A stretch of 62,348 nucleotides of DNA, counting the filler. It is 5 parts of 5 records of this genome, joined end to end, with 100 filler letters (N's around TTAATTAATTAA, not from the genome) between each part and the next. Parts side by side here need not be neighbours in the genome. Positions count along the whole stretch, not along the records: positions 47,939 to 57,161 come from SRR20825010_783; positions 57,262 to 62,348 come from SRR20825010_788; 3 more parts are not named here. The stretch is one strand, 5' to 3'. A program made the position numbers and the translations under genes. This document shows positions 51,059 through 60,680 of this stretch, piece after piece. How positions within the stretch are numbered: the stretch's first letter is position 1; each line of letters opens with the position of its first letter. The notes beneath the pieces were generated by a model. It saw only the letters and a program-made list of their open reading frames with translations. It was not told the DNA's origin and made no database searches.

Positions 51059-51425
51059 TCTTAATCATTTTTTTATCCATATTTAAATCGTCAAGCATAG
51101 TGTTGGTAAACTTATAATGTCCTTTAGTACTAATAATTTTAAATCGGTACGACTTCATCTTACTCAACACATCTAAAAACATCCATTTAGACTTTAATAA
51201 GTGTGGTTTTTCTGACTTAACACTAATTTCAAAGAAATGTTTGATTCCTTTTTTGTCTGCAACAATATCTGGAGTAATTATAACATCACTCCCCTTTTTA
51301 ACAAACGATTTTGGCGTTTCATACCCTTCTAAATCGGCTTTAATATTATCAAAGCCACGGTTCTCTAAATAATTAACTGATCTGTTTAAAAATTCTGTAT
51401 AATTTAATTTATCTGTTGCTATCAT
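51048..51425 (-). CDS. hypothetical protein, possible PD-(D/E)xK-like fold
   Basis: ITPDIVA...FFEISVK spacing; start at 51425 or 51440. Confidence 0.6.
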   Translation of the reverse strand: MIATDKLNYTEFLNRSVNYLENRGFDNIKADLEGYETPKSFVKKGSDVIITPDIVADKKGIKHFFEISVKSEKPHLLKSKWMFLDVLSKMKSYRFKIISTKGHYKFTNTMLDDLNMDKKMIKINS

Positions 51426-51563
51426 ATATACAGTATACAAATAATAATGTAATTATCCAATTATCAGACAGTTAAATAGTGTTAATCTTAAGTTTAGCTA
51501 TGTTATATTTCTTAAATTTGAAAGTAATGGGTTATATATCTCGCAGAGAAAAATCAACAAATT

Positions 51564-51950
51564 ATGATTTCACAAATTAAAACATTCGAAAGTAATGTGC
51601 TTGCTTTTGAAGTCTTTGAGGGCTTTACTAAAGCGGATGAAAAAATATGTCAAAAATTATTTGAAGAGAAGCTAAAGCATGGTTTCGAAAAGGTGAATAT
51701 CTTGATTAAGTTGGATGAAATTAAAATTTCTAAAAGTAGCACCAAAGCATTTTTTGAAGATATTTTATGGTCTCTTCGGCATTATAAAAAGCTAGGGCAT
51801 CTAGCAATTGTTGCACATTCTAATATAGTTAAAGTGCTAGTTCCAATAGATAATTTATTTTTTGAACGCGCCAGTAAAGGACGTTATGAAAGGTACTTTG
51901 ACGCTTCTCAAATGGAGGAAGCTATGATGTTTGTAAATTCAACGGTATAG
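51564..51950 (+). CDS. SpoIIAA-like (STAS/SEC14) domain protein
   Basis: NVLAFEV.G, AFFEDI, HLAIV, RYFD....EEA..FV pattern. Confidence 0.8.
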   Translation: MISQIKTFESNVLAFEVFEGFTKADEKICQKLFEEKLKHGFEKVNILIKLDEIKISKSSTKAFFEDILWSLRHYKKLGHLAIVAHSNIVKVLVPIDNLFFERASKGRYERYFDASQMEEAMMFVNSTV

Positions 51951-52005
51951 ATTCCCCCGTACCTACATTAATCAATTTTTAAAAAGCATATTCTGAAGGG
52001 GTTTA

Positions 52006-53730
52006 CTACCTCAATAAATTCGCTTCACTTAAACTATTTCTCACAGTATCTATAACTAGTTTATAAGCTTTTCGTTGAAATATAAGTCGAAAAGCAAAAG
52101 TTAATATTCCACTTCTAGAAATACTTCGTACTAAGCTTCTAATCCTTTTCTTTATAGGAGCCTTATAAGCCTGCTCAAACTCCTCTAAATCAATTTTTGG
52201 ATATGTAGGGTAGTCTAGAGTAGCATCGGTTCCGTAGTCTTCTAAATTAAACTTTTGATTAAAAGCCTCTATGGTTTTCATGTCTGGAATAATCGGGAAA
52301 AAACGTGCTCCATTTTTAGTAGATGGCGGGTTTGTATAAGAAAACCTATCTATAGCTTCCTTTGGAATTTCTTCTCCCAAACGTTTGACAATATTTTCCT
52401 CTTTTACTGAAAAGTGATATCTCAGAAAATCCTGACAATTTTTTCTTCCTAATTCAAAATCGTGCTTTCTTAATTTTTCATCCATAAAACCCGAAAAACC
52501 ACTTATAGGAGACGATGCTAAATGATGTTGCTCTCTAATAGCCTCTCCATTTAAAATTGTTTTCCTACTGGGAGCCACCAAAAATTTAGTTCTATCGCTT
52601 AAAGATAATGCTTCAAAAATTCCATCTTGATTAAACATCACCTGATTTCTCAATGCCTTAAACATGCCTTTGGCAACACTCAAAATATCTCGCTCAGAAT
52701 TAAACAACGACGGATTATTATCTTGATTAGGGAACGGATCTACCATTACTACCGCATAATTATCGTTCGTTTTTAGGGTTTTATTTTTTTCATTTAAAAC
52801 CTTAATCCCAATCCCATAAGGCTCGTTATTTATGAGTCCGCCATCAATAGAATTAAATTTATAACTCTCTTCATTATCTAAAATTAAAGGTGAAATCCCT
52901 TTTCGCATCCCGAACAAATATTTTGGGTAACGTTCAATATATTTTTTAGAGATTTCTATCTCCCGAGACTTTAAACCAATTGGAAAGGCTGCGGTACTGA
53001 GCGTGGCATCTTTTAAATAATTTATGTCTTGATTTTCGTTAAGGTCTAACACATAAAAAAGTGAATCTTCCTGTGGAGGAACTCCTCTTTCAAACAATTC
53101 ATTTTTCACTTTATATCTAAAAAAACCGCCATGATTGGTAATAATATTTGCTGAATTGGTTTTACTATCTCCACTAAAATCAACTTTAAAATTAAGGCCT
53201 CGAAGATTGGTTGTAGTTAAAATTAAATCCAAATCTTTAGACACAAATGGAGGATAACGCACCTCTGAATTTATTGTTAGTGCTTCGTTGGCAATTTTAT
53301 CTATAGCAATACTATTAAGTAACGATTCAGGGATTTTATTTTTTGATAAATCGTTGGTATTTAAAAGTTTTTCGAGCGTTTTACTTTTATCATCATCGGC
53401 CATTTTGACCCAACATTTGTAAAACAAATTATCCTCTCCTTTTGGGTTTGAACGATTTACAGGTTTATGATTTTTACTCAATAAACTCATCAACGTTAGT
53501 GTACCTGTAATACCTCCCGCAGAAGCGCCACTAAGCACATCAATTTCTACGTTATGCATTGGAACAGAATGATTGTATTCTGGATGATTAACTCCTAATT
53601 TCCTGTTGGTGGCTTTTGCTTCTTCCCACAGTGTTAAGGTTTCTATTAAATAATCTAGTACTCCACCAGTAAAAGACCCTGCAGAAACAGCACCAGCCAT
53701 AGTTAAGCATAATTTAAACGATTTGGGCAT
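52006..53730 (-). CDS. patatin-like phospholipase family protein
   Basis: Gly-rich GAVSAG, nucleophile GASAG, TAAFP, DGG...NEP. Confidence 0.9.
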   Translation of the reverse strand: MPKSFKLCLTMAGAVSAGSFTGGVLDYLIETLTLWEEAKATNRKLGVNHPEYNHSVPMHNVEIDVLSGASAGGITGTLTLMSLLSKNHKPVNRSNPKGEDNLFYKCWVKMADDDKSKTLEKLLNTNDLSKNKIPESLLNSIAIDKIANEALTINSEVRYPPFVSKDLDLILTTTNLRGLNFKVDFSGDSKTNSANIITNHGGFFRYKVKNELFERGVPPQEDSLFYVLDLNENQDINYLKDATLSTAAFPIGLKSREIEISKKYIERYPKYLFGMRKGISPLILDNEESYKFNSIDGGLINNEPYGIGIKVLNEKNKTLKTNDNYAVVMVDPFPNQDNNPSLFNSERDILSVAKGMFKALRNQVMFNQDGIFEALSLSDRTKFLVAPSRKTILNGEAIREQHHLASSPISGFSGFMDEKLRKHDFELGRKNCQDFLRYHFSVKEENIVKRLGEEIPKEAIDRFSYTNPPSTKNGARFFPIIPDMKTIEAFNQKFNLEDYGTDATLDYPTYPKIDLEEFEQAYKAPIKKRIRSLVRSISRSGILTFAFRLIFQRKAYKLVIDTVRNSLSEANLLR

Positions 53731-54059
53731 ACGTTTTAATTTTAAATTTCAATAAAGTTACTGTAATACCATTTACCAATGCAATTTACTGGAATAAAAT
53801 GTACTCTTGCCCTTTCAATTTCAAGATAAAAAAGAGTATGTAGCGAAGACTATGCTTTATTTTTCTGCTTTATATAAAGGAAAAAAATCATCATTTTATT
53901 TTACCGTAAATTCAATCAGTAACTACTATGATTACTAAAAAACTCTTAAGATTTTGATAGGATTACAAAAACTATCACAAATTGCCGTGAAACTTGTGTT
54001 AAAGGAAACCCAGACAGCTTTGAAATGAGATATATTGGCTTTCCTAATACGCTATACAT

Positions 54060-54794
54060 GTGATAAAATTACTTAATCTATTATTATTTCTCTTCTTACT
54101 ATTTTTGAGTTCATTCCAGCTATTTTCTCAAGAAGAAAAAAAAGTACTTAAAATCTTTATTTATAAAGATAATATAGCAATGACAAAATTTGGGATTGCC
54201 AATATCACAACAAAAACAGAAGGGAGTTATAAAAATGATTTTCATACCATTACAGCCTCAGAAGGCGACCAATTATTTATTGCTTCTGAAGCGTTTAAAA
54301 ACTTCTATAAAATTGTGGCCACAGAAGATATTATGAATGGTAAAATAGAGGTTTACATTAAAGATGGTGTAATTCAGCTTGAAGAAGTAGTACTTACCGA
54401 TTACAGAATTAATGTCGGAAAATTAACCGATTATACTCCTAAAACCTACACTCCAGCAGAAAGACGTTTAGCAGCAGCCTCCAAATATCATTACAAAGGA
54501 GGAGGAATGTCTGTGAGTTTAGATCCATTAATTAACGCAATAAGCGGACGCACAAAAAAATTAAAAAAACGATTAAAAGCAGAAACTAAAAATATAATTG
54601 TTGGTTTTTTAGAAGACAATTACAAAGATTATATTTTAAACGATTTGGATGTTCCGAGGGATCAATTCGGGCTGTTTTGTTATTATATTTCAGAAAAATA
54701 CAAAGCCATCCATCGTACTCCAGATAGAAGACGGGTAGAAACTCTACTTCGTCGTGGTTATCTTGATTTTGTAAAAGATCCTGCGGAAGAGTAA
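54060..54794 (+). CDS. hypothetical secreted protein (carboxypeptidase-regulatory-like N-domain)
   Basis: Signal peptide, I.ASEGDQL, IQLEEVVL, TPAERRL, DPLINAISGRTKKLKK. Confidence 0.7.
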   Translation: MIKLLNLLLFLFLLFLSSFQLFSQEEKKVLKIFIYKDNIAMTKFGIANITTKTEGSYKNDFHTITASEGDQLFIASEAFKNFYKIVATEDIMNGKIEVYIKDGVIQLEEVVLTDYRINVGKLTDYTPKTYTPAERRLAAASKYHYKGGGMSVSLDPLINAISGRTKKLKKRLKAETKNIIVGFLEDNYKDYILNDLDVPRDQFGLFCYYISEKYKAIHRTPDRRRVETLLRRGYLDFVKDPAEE

Positions 54795-54833
54795 CTCATT
54801 AGACTAGGCTTTTCAAAAACGCTATTTATAAAA

Positions 54834-56450
54834 TTACTTCAAGATACTTTTATACTTTGCAGCATCTTTTAAAATTGCAGTTGCATTTTTTATAGCATCG
54901 TCATTCTGTAAATAATATTTGTACAAGCCGTCTCTATAGAAGTAACGTACAATAAGTTCGTCTTCAAGGTTTTTTGTAATACTTTCTTGATATTCATCAA
55001 GAGATGCTAATTTACTATGATTTATATCTGTAAGTAATTTCTTATAATCATTCTTCACAGACTCTCCAAACTCATCTATTTCTTGACTATTCATTACTTT
55101 TTTAAGTGCTTTTTCGGTTTTAGTTTCATAAGTAAATCCACTTTCAGTAACGTATTTTTTAAAGTCTTGATAATCGGTTTCAGAAAAACTAAAATTGTCC
55201 ATGTTAGTTATTGGGTGTTTATAATAGTAGTCTGTAGCATAATCAAAAAGTACATTGTTAGCTATTAATGCTGAAGTAAGACTATTATCTTTCAATCCCT
55301 TCACTTCAAGATCGGGCATTACACCACCACCATCATAAACTTTTCTTCCACTACGAGTTTTAAATTCATTGAAATCTTTCTTAACAACCGCTTTTCCATC
55401 TGCATCCCTATTCCAATAATCCATCGACTGGATACAACGTCCACTTGGTGTATAATAACGAGAAATAGTTACTTTAAGCTGGGTTCCATAGTTTAATTTA
55501 ATAGGACGCTGCACTAATCCTTTTCCAAAACTACGTGCGCCAACAATAACAGCACGATCCAAATCTTGTAAGGCACCACTCACAATTTCACTTGCAGAAG
55601 CACTTCTTCCATTAATAAGTATTGCTAACGGAATTTCTGTATCGACAGGATTTCTACGTGTATAATATTCTTGATTGAATTTTTTAACCTTCGATTTTGT
55701 ACTTACAATAAGTTCCTTTTTAGGCACAAATAAATTACAAACATCTATTGCTTCGGTTAGCAATCCACCTGGATTTCCTCTTAAATCTAAGATAATTTTC
55801 TTTGCTCCTCTTTCTTTTAAATCTTCCAAAGCTTCTTCTGTTTGCTTAGAAGCCTTGCTATTAAATTTTGAAAGTACAATGTATCCTGTTTCAGCATCTA
55901 TCATATTAAAATAAGGGACGGCATCAATTTCTATTTCATCTCTAGAAACCGTTGTAGTCATTGTTTTTCCTTGCCTTTTATAAGCTATAGAAACATTGCT
56001 TTTGGTAGCTCCTTTTAATAATTCTGTTGCATCTTCTTTAAAATCTGATACGTTTATGTCTCCAATTTTTACAATTTCGTCTCCAGCTTTTAATCCTGCT
56101 TTATCGGCAGGATATCCTTCATAAGGCTCAATAATTAGAAGTCTATCATCATAACTCTTCACTACAGCTCCAATTCCAGAATACTCTCCTGCATTGCTTA
56201 TTTTAAAACCTTCTACATCCTGCTCATTCATAAAGTTTGTATAAGGATCTAAATCTTCAAGCATGCTTTTTATAGCGGTGTCCATAAGTTCCGCAGGATT
56301 CGTTTCATCTACATAATTCATATTTAATTCCTTAAACAACGTAGTAAAAATCTCTACTTGCTTAGCAATTTCAAAAAAATCGTTTTTAAAACTAGTTCCT
56401 ACTAGTAAAACAATTAATGCTAGTGCTGGAATTATAATTTTCTTCTTCAT
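54834..56450 (-). CDS. S41 family C-terminal processing peptidase
   Basis: LDPYT, PDZ region, LDLRGNPGG, SASASEIV, SFGKGLVQ. Confidence 0.95.
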   Translation of the reverse strand: MKKKIIIPALALIVLLVGTSFKNDFFEIAKQVEIFTTLFKELNMNYVDETNPAELMDTAIKSMLEDLDPYTNFMNEQDVEGFKISNAGEYSGIGAVVKSYDDRLLIIEPYEGYPADKAGLKAGDEIVKIGDINVSDFKEDATELLKGATKSNVSIAYKRQGKTMTTTVSRDEIEIDAVPYFNMIDAETGYIVLSKFNSKASKQTEEALEDLKERGAKKIILDLRGNPGGLLTEAIDVCNLFVPKKELIVSTKSKVKKFNQEYYTRRNPVDTEIPLAILINGRSASASEIVSGALQDLDRAVIVGARSFGKGLVQRPIKLNYGTQLKVTISRYYTPSGRCIQSMDYWNRDADGKAVVKKDFNEFKTRSGRKVYDGGGVMPDLEVKGLKDNSLTSALIANNVLFDYATDYYYKHPITNMDNFSFSETDYQDFKKYVTESGFTYETKTEKALKKVMNSQEIDEFGESVKNDYKKLLTDINHSKLASLDEYQESITKNLEDELIVRYFYRDGLYKYYLQNDDAIKNATAILKDAAKYKSILK

Positions 56451-56579
56451 AATAGCTTCATATTATTTTCTGAAAAATGAGAATTAATACTTCTCATAGT
56501 GAAGTACAAGGTACTAGATTCATTAAAATTTAGCAAGTTGAAGATGAATCTATTGAAAAATGACTTTAATTTATCTATA

Positions 56580-56957
56580 CTATGATTCTTTTTTAAGATG
56601 CTCTTGAAATTTTTGGTGCAATTTCTGCATCACACTGTTCAGTTTTTCAAACGTAGGCATTTCTTTGCCAGTATATAAAAACATAAAGCCATAAGAATCT
56701 CCTTCAACAGTATCAAAAAAGAGATGTTTATTAAGTCGGTATGCTTCTCGTAGGAGTCTTTTTATTCTATTCCTATCTACTGCTTTTTTAAAAGAGCGTT
56801 TAGAGACGGACACCCCTGCTTTAATTTTTACCTCATCTTCTAGCTTTGTAAAAACTAATCGGATAGGATATTTGGACACAGAATCTCCTTCAGCAAATAA
56901 CTGGCTAATAAGCGTAGCGCTTTTGAGTTTTTCTTTTGAAGGAAATGACTGATCCAT
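56580..56957 (-). CDS. rnpA: ribonuclease P protein component
   Basis: FPSKEKLKS, VSVSKR.FKKAVDRNRIKR (RNR motif). Confidence 0.96.
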   Translation of the reverse strand: MDQSFPSKEKLKSATLISQLFAEGDSVSKYPIRLVFTKLEDEVKIKAGVSVSKRSFKKAVDRNRIKRLLREAYRLNKHLFFDTVEGDSYGFMFLYTGKEMPTFEKLNSVMQKLHQKFQEHLKKES

Positions 56958-56984
56958 ATACTATTTAAAATTGGGTGTAAAAAT

Positions 56985-57018
56985 AAGAAAAGGCTTTATT
57001 TAAAAAGCCTTTTCTTTT
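56985..57018. terminator. hairpin, probable terminator
   Basis: AAGAAAAGGCTTT...AAAGCCTTTTCTT inverted repeat upstream of rnpA. Confidence 0.6.
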
Positions 57019-57161
57019 AGATATGTATGTTTGAACTTGGTATTCTTTCCGTTAATAAGCTAACTTTTTAAAAAATATCCCTCCGTATAACTTTAGTTAA
57101 ATCAACTACCTCGAGCCAAGCTTACGAGGTGTTCAAAAGAAAATAATTTAATCCTTTTCGA

Positions 57162-57261
57162 NNNNNNNNNNNNNNNNNNNNNNNNNNNNNNNNNNNNNNN
57201 NNNNNTTAATTAATTAANNNNNNNNNNNNNNNNNNNNNNNNNNNNNNNNNNNNNNNNNNNN
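57162..57261. other. artificial contig spacer
   Basis: 44 N + TTAATTAATTAA + 44 N; GC content rises sharply across it. Confidence 0.99.
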
Positions 57262-57930
57262 GTCGGCGAGTCCGGCTCCGGCAAGTCCACCGTCCTGCGC
57301 GCCATGAGCGGTCTCAATGCGGACTGGACGGGCGCCATCGAAATCGGCGGCACCCAGCTTGGCCGGGTGCGCGGCAAACCGTTCTACAAGCGCGTCCAGA
57401 TGGTGTTTCAGGATCCTTACGGCTCGCTGCACCCGCGCCATACCGTCGACCGCATCCTGAGCGAGCCCTGCCAGATCCACGGCATGAGCGATATCGAAGG
57501 CCGGGTTCGTGACGTGCTTGTCGCGGCCGGTCTCGGCCCAACCTTCCGGTTCCGATATCCGCATCAGCTTTCGGGCGGACAGCGTCAGCGTGTCGCCATC
57601 GCCCGGGCGCTTATCCTGGAGCCGGAGATCCTGCTGCTGGACGAGCCGACATCCGCGCTCGACGTCTCCGTTCAGGCGGAAATCCTGAACCTGCTGCAAC
57701 GTCTGAAGCAGGAGCGTGGTCTGACCTTCGTTCTGGTCAGCCACGATCTTTCGGTGATTGCCCATATGTGCGACCGCCTTGCCGTGATGAATGCGGGGCG
57801 TATCGTCGAGGAGCTGACAGTCGCCCAGCTCCGCGCGGCGGAACCAAGCGAGGCCTATACGCGCCAGCTCCTCAAGGCGAGCCTCGGGTACGACCGTAGC
57901 GCGGCCGCCGACATGGAATCGTTCGATTGA
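57262..57930 (+). CDS. peptide/nickel ABC transporter ATP-binding protein (5' truncated)
   Basis: VGESGSGKST at the contig edge, QMVFQDPYGSLHP, YPHQLSGGQRQR, DEPTSALDVSVQA. Confidence 0.94.
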   Translation, partial: VGESGSGKSTVLRAMSGLNADWTGAIEIGGTQLGRVRGKPFYKRVQMVFQDPYGSLHPRHTVDRILSEPCQIHGMSDIEGRVRDVLVAAGLGPTFRFRYPHQLSGGQRQRVAIARALILEPEILLLDEPTSALDVSVQAEILNLLQRLKQERGLTFVLVSHDLSVIAHMCDRLAVMNAGRIVEELTVAQLRAAEPSEAYTRQLLKASLGYDRSAAADMESFD

Positions 57931-57977
57931 ACATTCCGTTCATCATCTATTCATATTTCCCCGGATAGCATCCCGCC

Positions 57978-58466
57978 ATGGAACGCTATGGCGCGACCGA
58001 AATTCCGGTTCCGGGAACATCAGGAACGCTTTTTCTCGGCCCAATTCCGGGAGATGAGGAAACACTGGACCGGATTGCCGGTTCCGGGATTGATGCCGTT
58101 CTGACGCTGGCAACAGCAGCGGAACTGGCTGAACTCAGCGTGCCAAGCATACGCGATATCCTGCTGCGCCACTCCGTCAGTTGGACGCATTTCCCGATCA
58201 GGGATTTCGATATTCCGTCTGACGCCGACACCGAAGCCTGGTCCGCGCTGGAAACTATCCTGTCCGAACGTCTGAAAACCGGCGGCACCATCCTGATTCA
58301 CTGCCGAGCCGGTTTCGGCCGCAGCGGTATGATTGCCGCACGCCTGCTTATGGCCTGCGGGTCAGCACCGGACGATGCGATCAGGATCGTGCGCAATTCC
58401 CGTCCGGGAACGATCGAAACGCCGGCGCAACTGGACTGGGCCAGGAACGCCGGCGCAAACGATTAG
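57978..58466 (+). CDS. dual-specificity/protein-tyrosine phosphatase family (CDKN3-like)
   Basis: HCRAGFGRS CX5R motif, PIRDFDIP loop, RPGTIET..Q. Confidence 0.9.
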   Translation: MERYGATEIPVPGTSGTLFLGPIPGDEETLDRIAGSGIDAVLTLATAAELAELSVPSIRDILLRHSVSWTHFPIRDFDIPSDADTEAWSALETILSERLKTGGTILIHCRAGFGRSGMIAARLLMACGSAPDDAIRIVRNSRPGTIETPAQLDWARNAGAND

Positions 58467-58472
58467 ACTAGA

Positions 58473-58826
58473 TCACAGAGCAGCGATCGCCATGATCTCA
58501 ACGGTGTATTTCGGGCTGGCGAGCTTCGGAGATTCGACGCAGGCACGGCACGGGGTTGAGCCCGCAACCACCCAGCCGTCCCAGACAGCATTCATTTCTG
58601 CGAAATCATCCATCGAGTTCAGCCAGATCGTGGCGGTCAGAAGCTTCGACTTGTCGGTGCCGGCCTCGGCAAGCAGGGCATCCAGGTTCGCCAGGATATC
58701 CTTGGTCTGATCGGCGACACTGGCACCCGGTGCGTTCTGGGCGACCTGGCCTGCCGTATAGACCGTGTTGCCGTGGACCACGACCTGACTCATCCGCTCG
58801 CCCGTGCGATAGCGCTTGATATCCAT
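58473..58826 (-). CDS. Rid family (YjgF/YER057c) protein, YoaB-like
   Basis: RMSQVVVH, AGQVA, FAEMNAVWDGW, PCRACVE, VEIMAIAA. Confidence 0.92.
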   Translation of the reverse strand: MDIKRYRTGERMSQVVVHGNTVYTAGQVAQNAPGASVADQTKDILANLDALLAEAGTDKSKLLTATIWLNSMDDFAEMNAVWDGWVVAGSTPCRACVESPKLASPKYTVEIMAIAAL

Positions 58827-59044
58827 AACCTGTTCGCTCCAATGCGTTGAAAGAGGCGGCAGCATAAGCGGGCATGGCTACATCCGCATAGCCTCTTCCG
58901 CCGATCTCACAAATGCCGCAGCGGGAATAGCCGGCACCTTGCAGATATCACACTCAGGCATTGCAAAACGGGGCATGGCTCGGCTTAATCGCCCCCTCAA
59001 GAATGGGCCGGAATGCTCGCATCGAATTGGGGTAACGCTTGGGT

Positions 59045-60079
59045 ATGGATGCAAAAACGCGCGGCGCGATTGCTGAATGGCTGCAATCGGAAACGGGCGC
59101 TGAAAAAATCGATATTACCGGCACCAAACTGCTCTCGGGCGGTGCCATCCAGGAAAACTGGTTGCTGGATCTCACGATCCATGGCGGACGCCTGGACGGG
59201 CTGAAGCAAGCAGTGCTGCGCACAGACGCGGCCTCCGGCGTCGACGAAAGCCACGGCCGGGTGGAAGAATTTCGCCTGCTCTCCGCCGGATTCGAAGCCA
59301 ACATGACCGTGCCCGAACCGTTCGCGCTGGAGCCGACAGGGTCGATCACCGGCAAACCGTTCTATGTCATGCGTAAGTCGGACGGCACAGCCAACCCGCG
59401 CATGCTCACGCGCGAGGCTTCTCTTGATCCGCACCGCACCGGCCTTGCCCGGCAGATCGGCCGGGAGATGGCCCGGCTGCATCGTATCCAGCCACCCCGC
59501 CCCGATCTGGATTTCCTCGGCGACGCTCCGGCCAATCCGGCCGCCCAACGCATTTCCGAGCTTTACGGCTTCCTTGACAGTCTGCCGAAAGCCTATCCGG
59601 CCCTGGAATGGGGGCTGCGCTGGCTGGAGTTGAACCGACCGGCGCCAAGCCCCGCCGTACTCTGTCACCGGGATTTCCGGACCGGAAATTATATGGTCTC
59701 GGATGGCGCACTGACAGGTGTTCTGGATTGGGAATTCGCCGGGTGGAGCGATCCGCTGGAGGATGTCGGCTGGTTCTGCGCCCGCTGCTGGCGCTTCGGC
59801 TCGGACGAGCGCGAGGCGGGCGGCGTAGGCAGCAGGAGCGATCTTTACGCAGGATACGAGGAAGAGGCCGGAGCCGCGCTAGACTGGTCACTTGTTCCCT
59901 ATTGGGAAGTGCTGGCCACCGTGCGTTGGGGCGCCATCGCCCTGCTTCAGGGCGAGCGGCATAATTCCGGGGCCGAACGCTCGATCGAGCTCGCCCTTAC
60001 CGGCCGCAAGGCCGCCGAAATGGAACTCGATATTCTGCAGCAGATCGCTGAAATCGAAAGGATCCGCGCCAATGTTTGA
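59045..60079 (+). CDS. APH-fold phosphotransferase, LvaA/ACAD10-like
   Basis: SGGAIQENW, HRDFRTGN, LDWEF, DPLEDVGW, ELALTGR. Confidence 0.88.
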   Translation: MDAKTRGAIAEWLQSETGAEKIDITGTKLLSGGAIQENWLLDLTIHGGRLDGLKQAVLRTDAASGVDESHGRVEEFRLLSAGFEANMTVPEPFALEPTGSITGKPFYVMRKSDGTANPRMLTREASLDPHRTGLARQIGREMARLHRIQPPRPDLDFLGDAPANPAAQRISELYGFLDSLPKAYPALEWGLRWLELNRPAPSPAVLCHRDFRTGNYMVSDGALTGVLDWEFAGWSDPLEDVGWFCARCWRFGSDEREAGGVGSRSDLYAGYEEEAGAALDWSLVPYWEVLATVRWGAIALLQGERHNSGAERSIELALTGRKAAEMELDILQQIAEIERIRANV

Positions 60080-60491
60080 AGCACCCGGCAGAAAGGCCCT
60101 GATCGAAACAGCCCTGGCCGCCTTCCAGGACGATATTCTGCCCTCTCTCGACGGAGACAGGAAATATCTCGGCCTGATGATCGCCAGCGCGCTTGCCACG
60201 GCGTCCCGTGAGTTGGACGCGGATGCCGGTCGCGATGGTATCCAGCGCATTCTCGACGGGTTTGCCGGGCTCTATGGTGAGGACAATGTCGAGCGAGCGG
60301 GACATGATGCCGAAACCAAGCTCGACACCCTGTCACGCGACCTGACCCGCGAGCTGCGCGAAGGCCTCTACGACACCTCCCTCACCGGCCCGGTCCACAC
60401 GCTTCTGACCATCCTTGCCGAGGAAAAACTGAAGCTTTCCAACCCGAAATTTCTGGCCGCGCGCGAGTATTCGCAACCAACGCCCAACTGA
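60072..60491 (+). CDS. small helical partner protein, LvaB/DUF6285-like
   Basis: Overlaps the kinase stop; Y..LMIASAL....REL and KLKLSNPKF motifs. Confidence 0.7.
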   Translation: MFEAPGRKALIETALAAFQDDILPSLDGDRKYLGLMIASALATASRELDADAGRDGIQRILDGFAGLYGEDNVERAGHDAETKLDTLSRDLTRELREGLYDTSLTGPVHTLLTILAEEKLKLSNPKFLAAREYSQPTPN

Positions 60492-60680
60492 TGCAAAAAT
60501 CCCAGACAATTCCGGATAAATTACTGCATCAATAAAGTGATCTACTATTTTGTTATGACTTGCGGTTCCGTAAACCGCCGCTGATTTTCCGCGCGATCCA
60601 CGCAGTAAAACTGATGCAGCTCAGACACACCAAAGAGCGGCCGGAAGCCGAATCCGTGCGGAAATAGCACAGCCTTTACG

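Noticed and set aside
52006-53730. CBASS operon
   Set aside because: No CD-NTase or other cap gene recognisable nearby.
53955-53977. TGATAG-N11-CTATCA inverted repeat between patatin and the next gene
   Set aside because: Short arms in very AT-rich DNA and no candidate regulator; compatible with chance.
54834-56957. rnpA next to an S41 peptidase rather than rpmH
   Set aside because: As far as I know this is the normal arrangement in Flavobacteriaceae.
58870-59044. Sigma-54 promoter upstream of the lvaA-like gene
   Set aside because: GGCA-containing words are present but none gives a convincing TGGCAC-N5-TTGC match.
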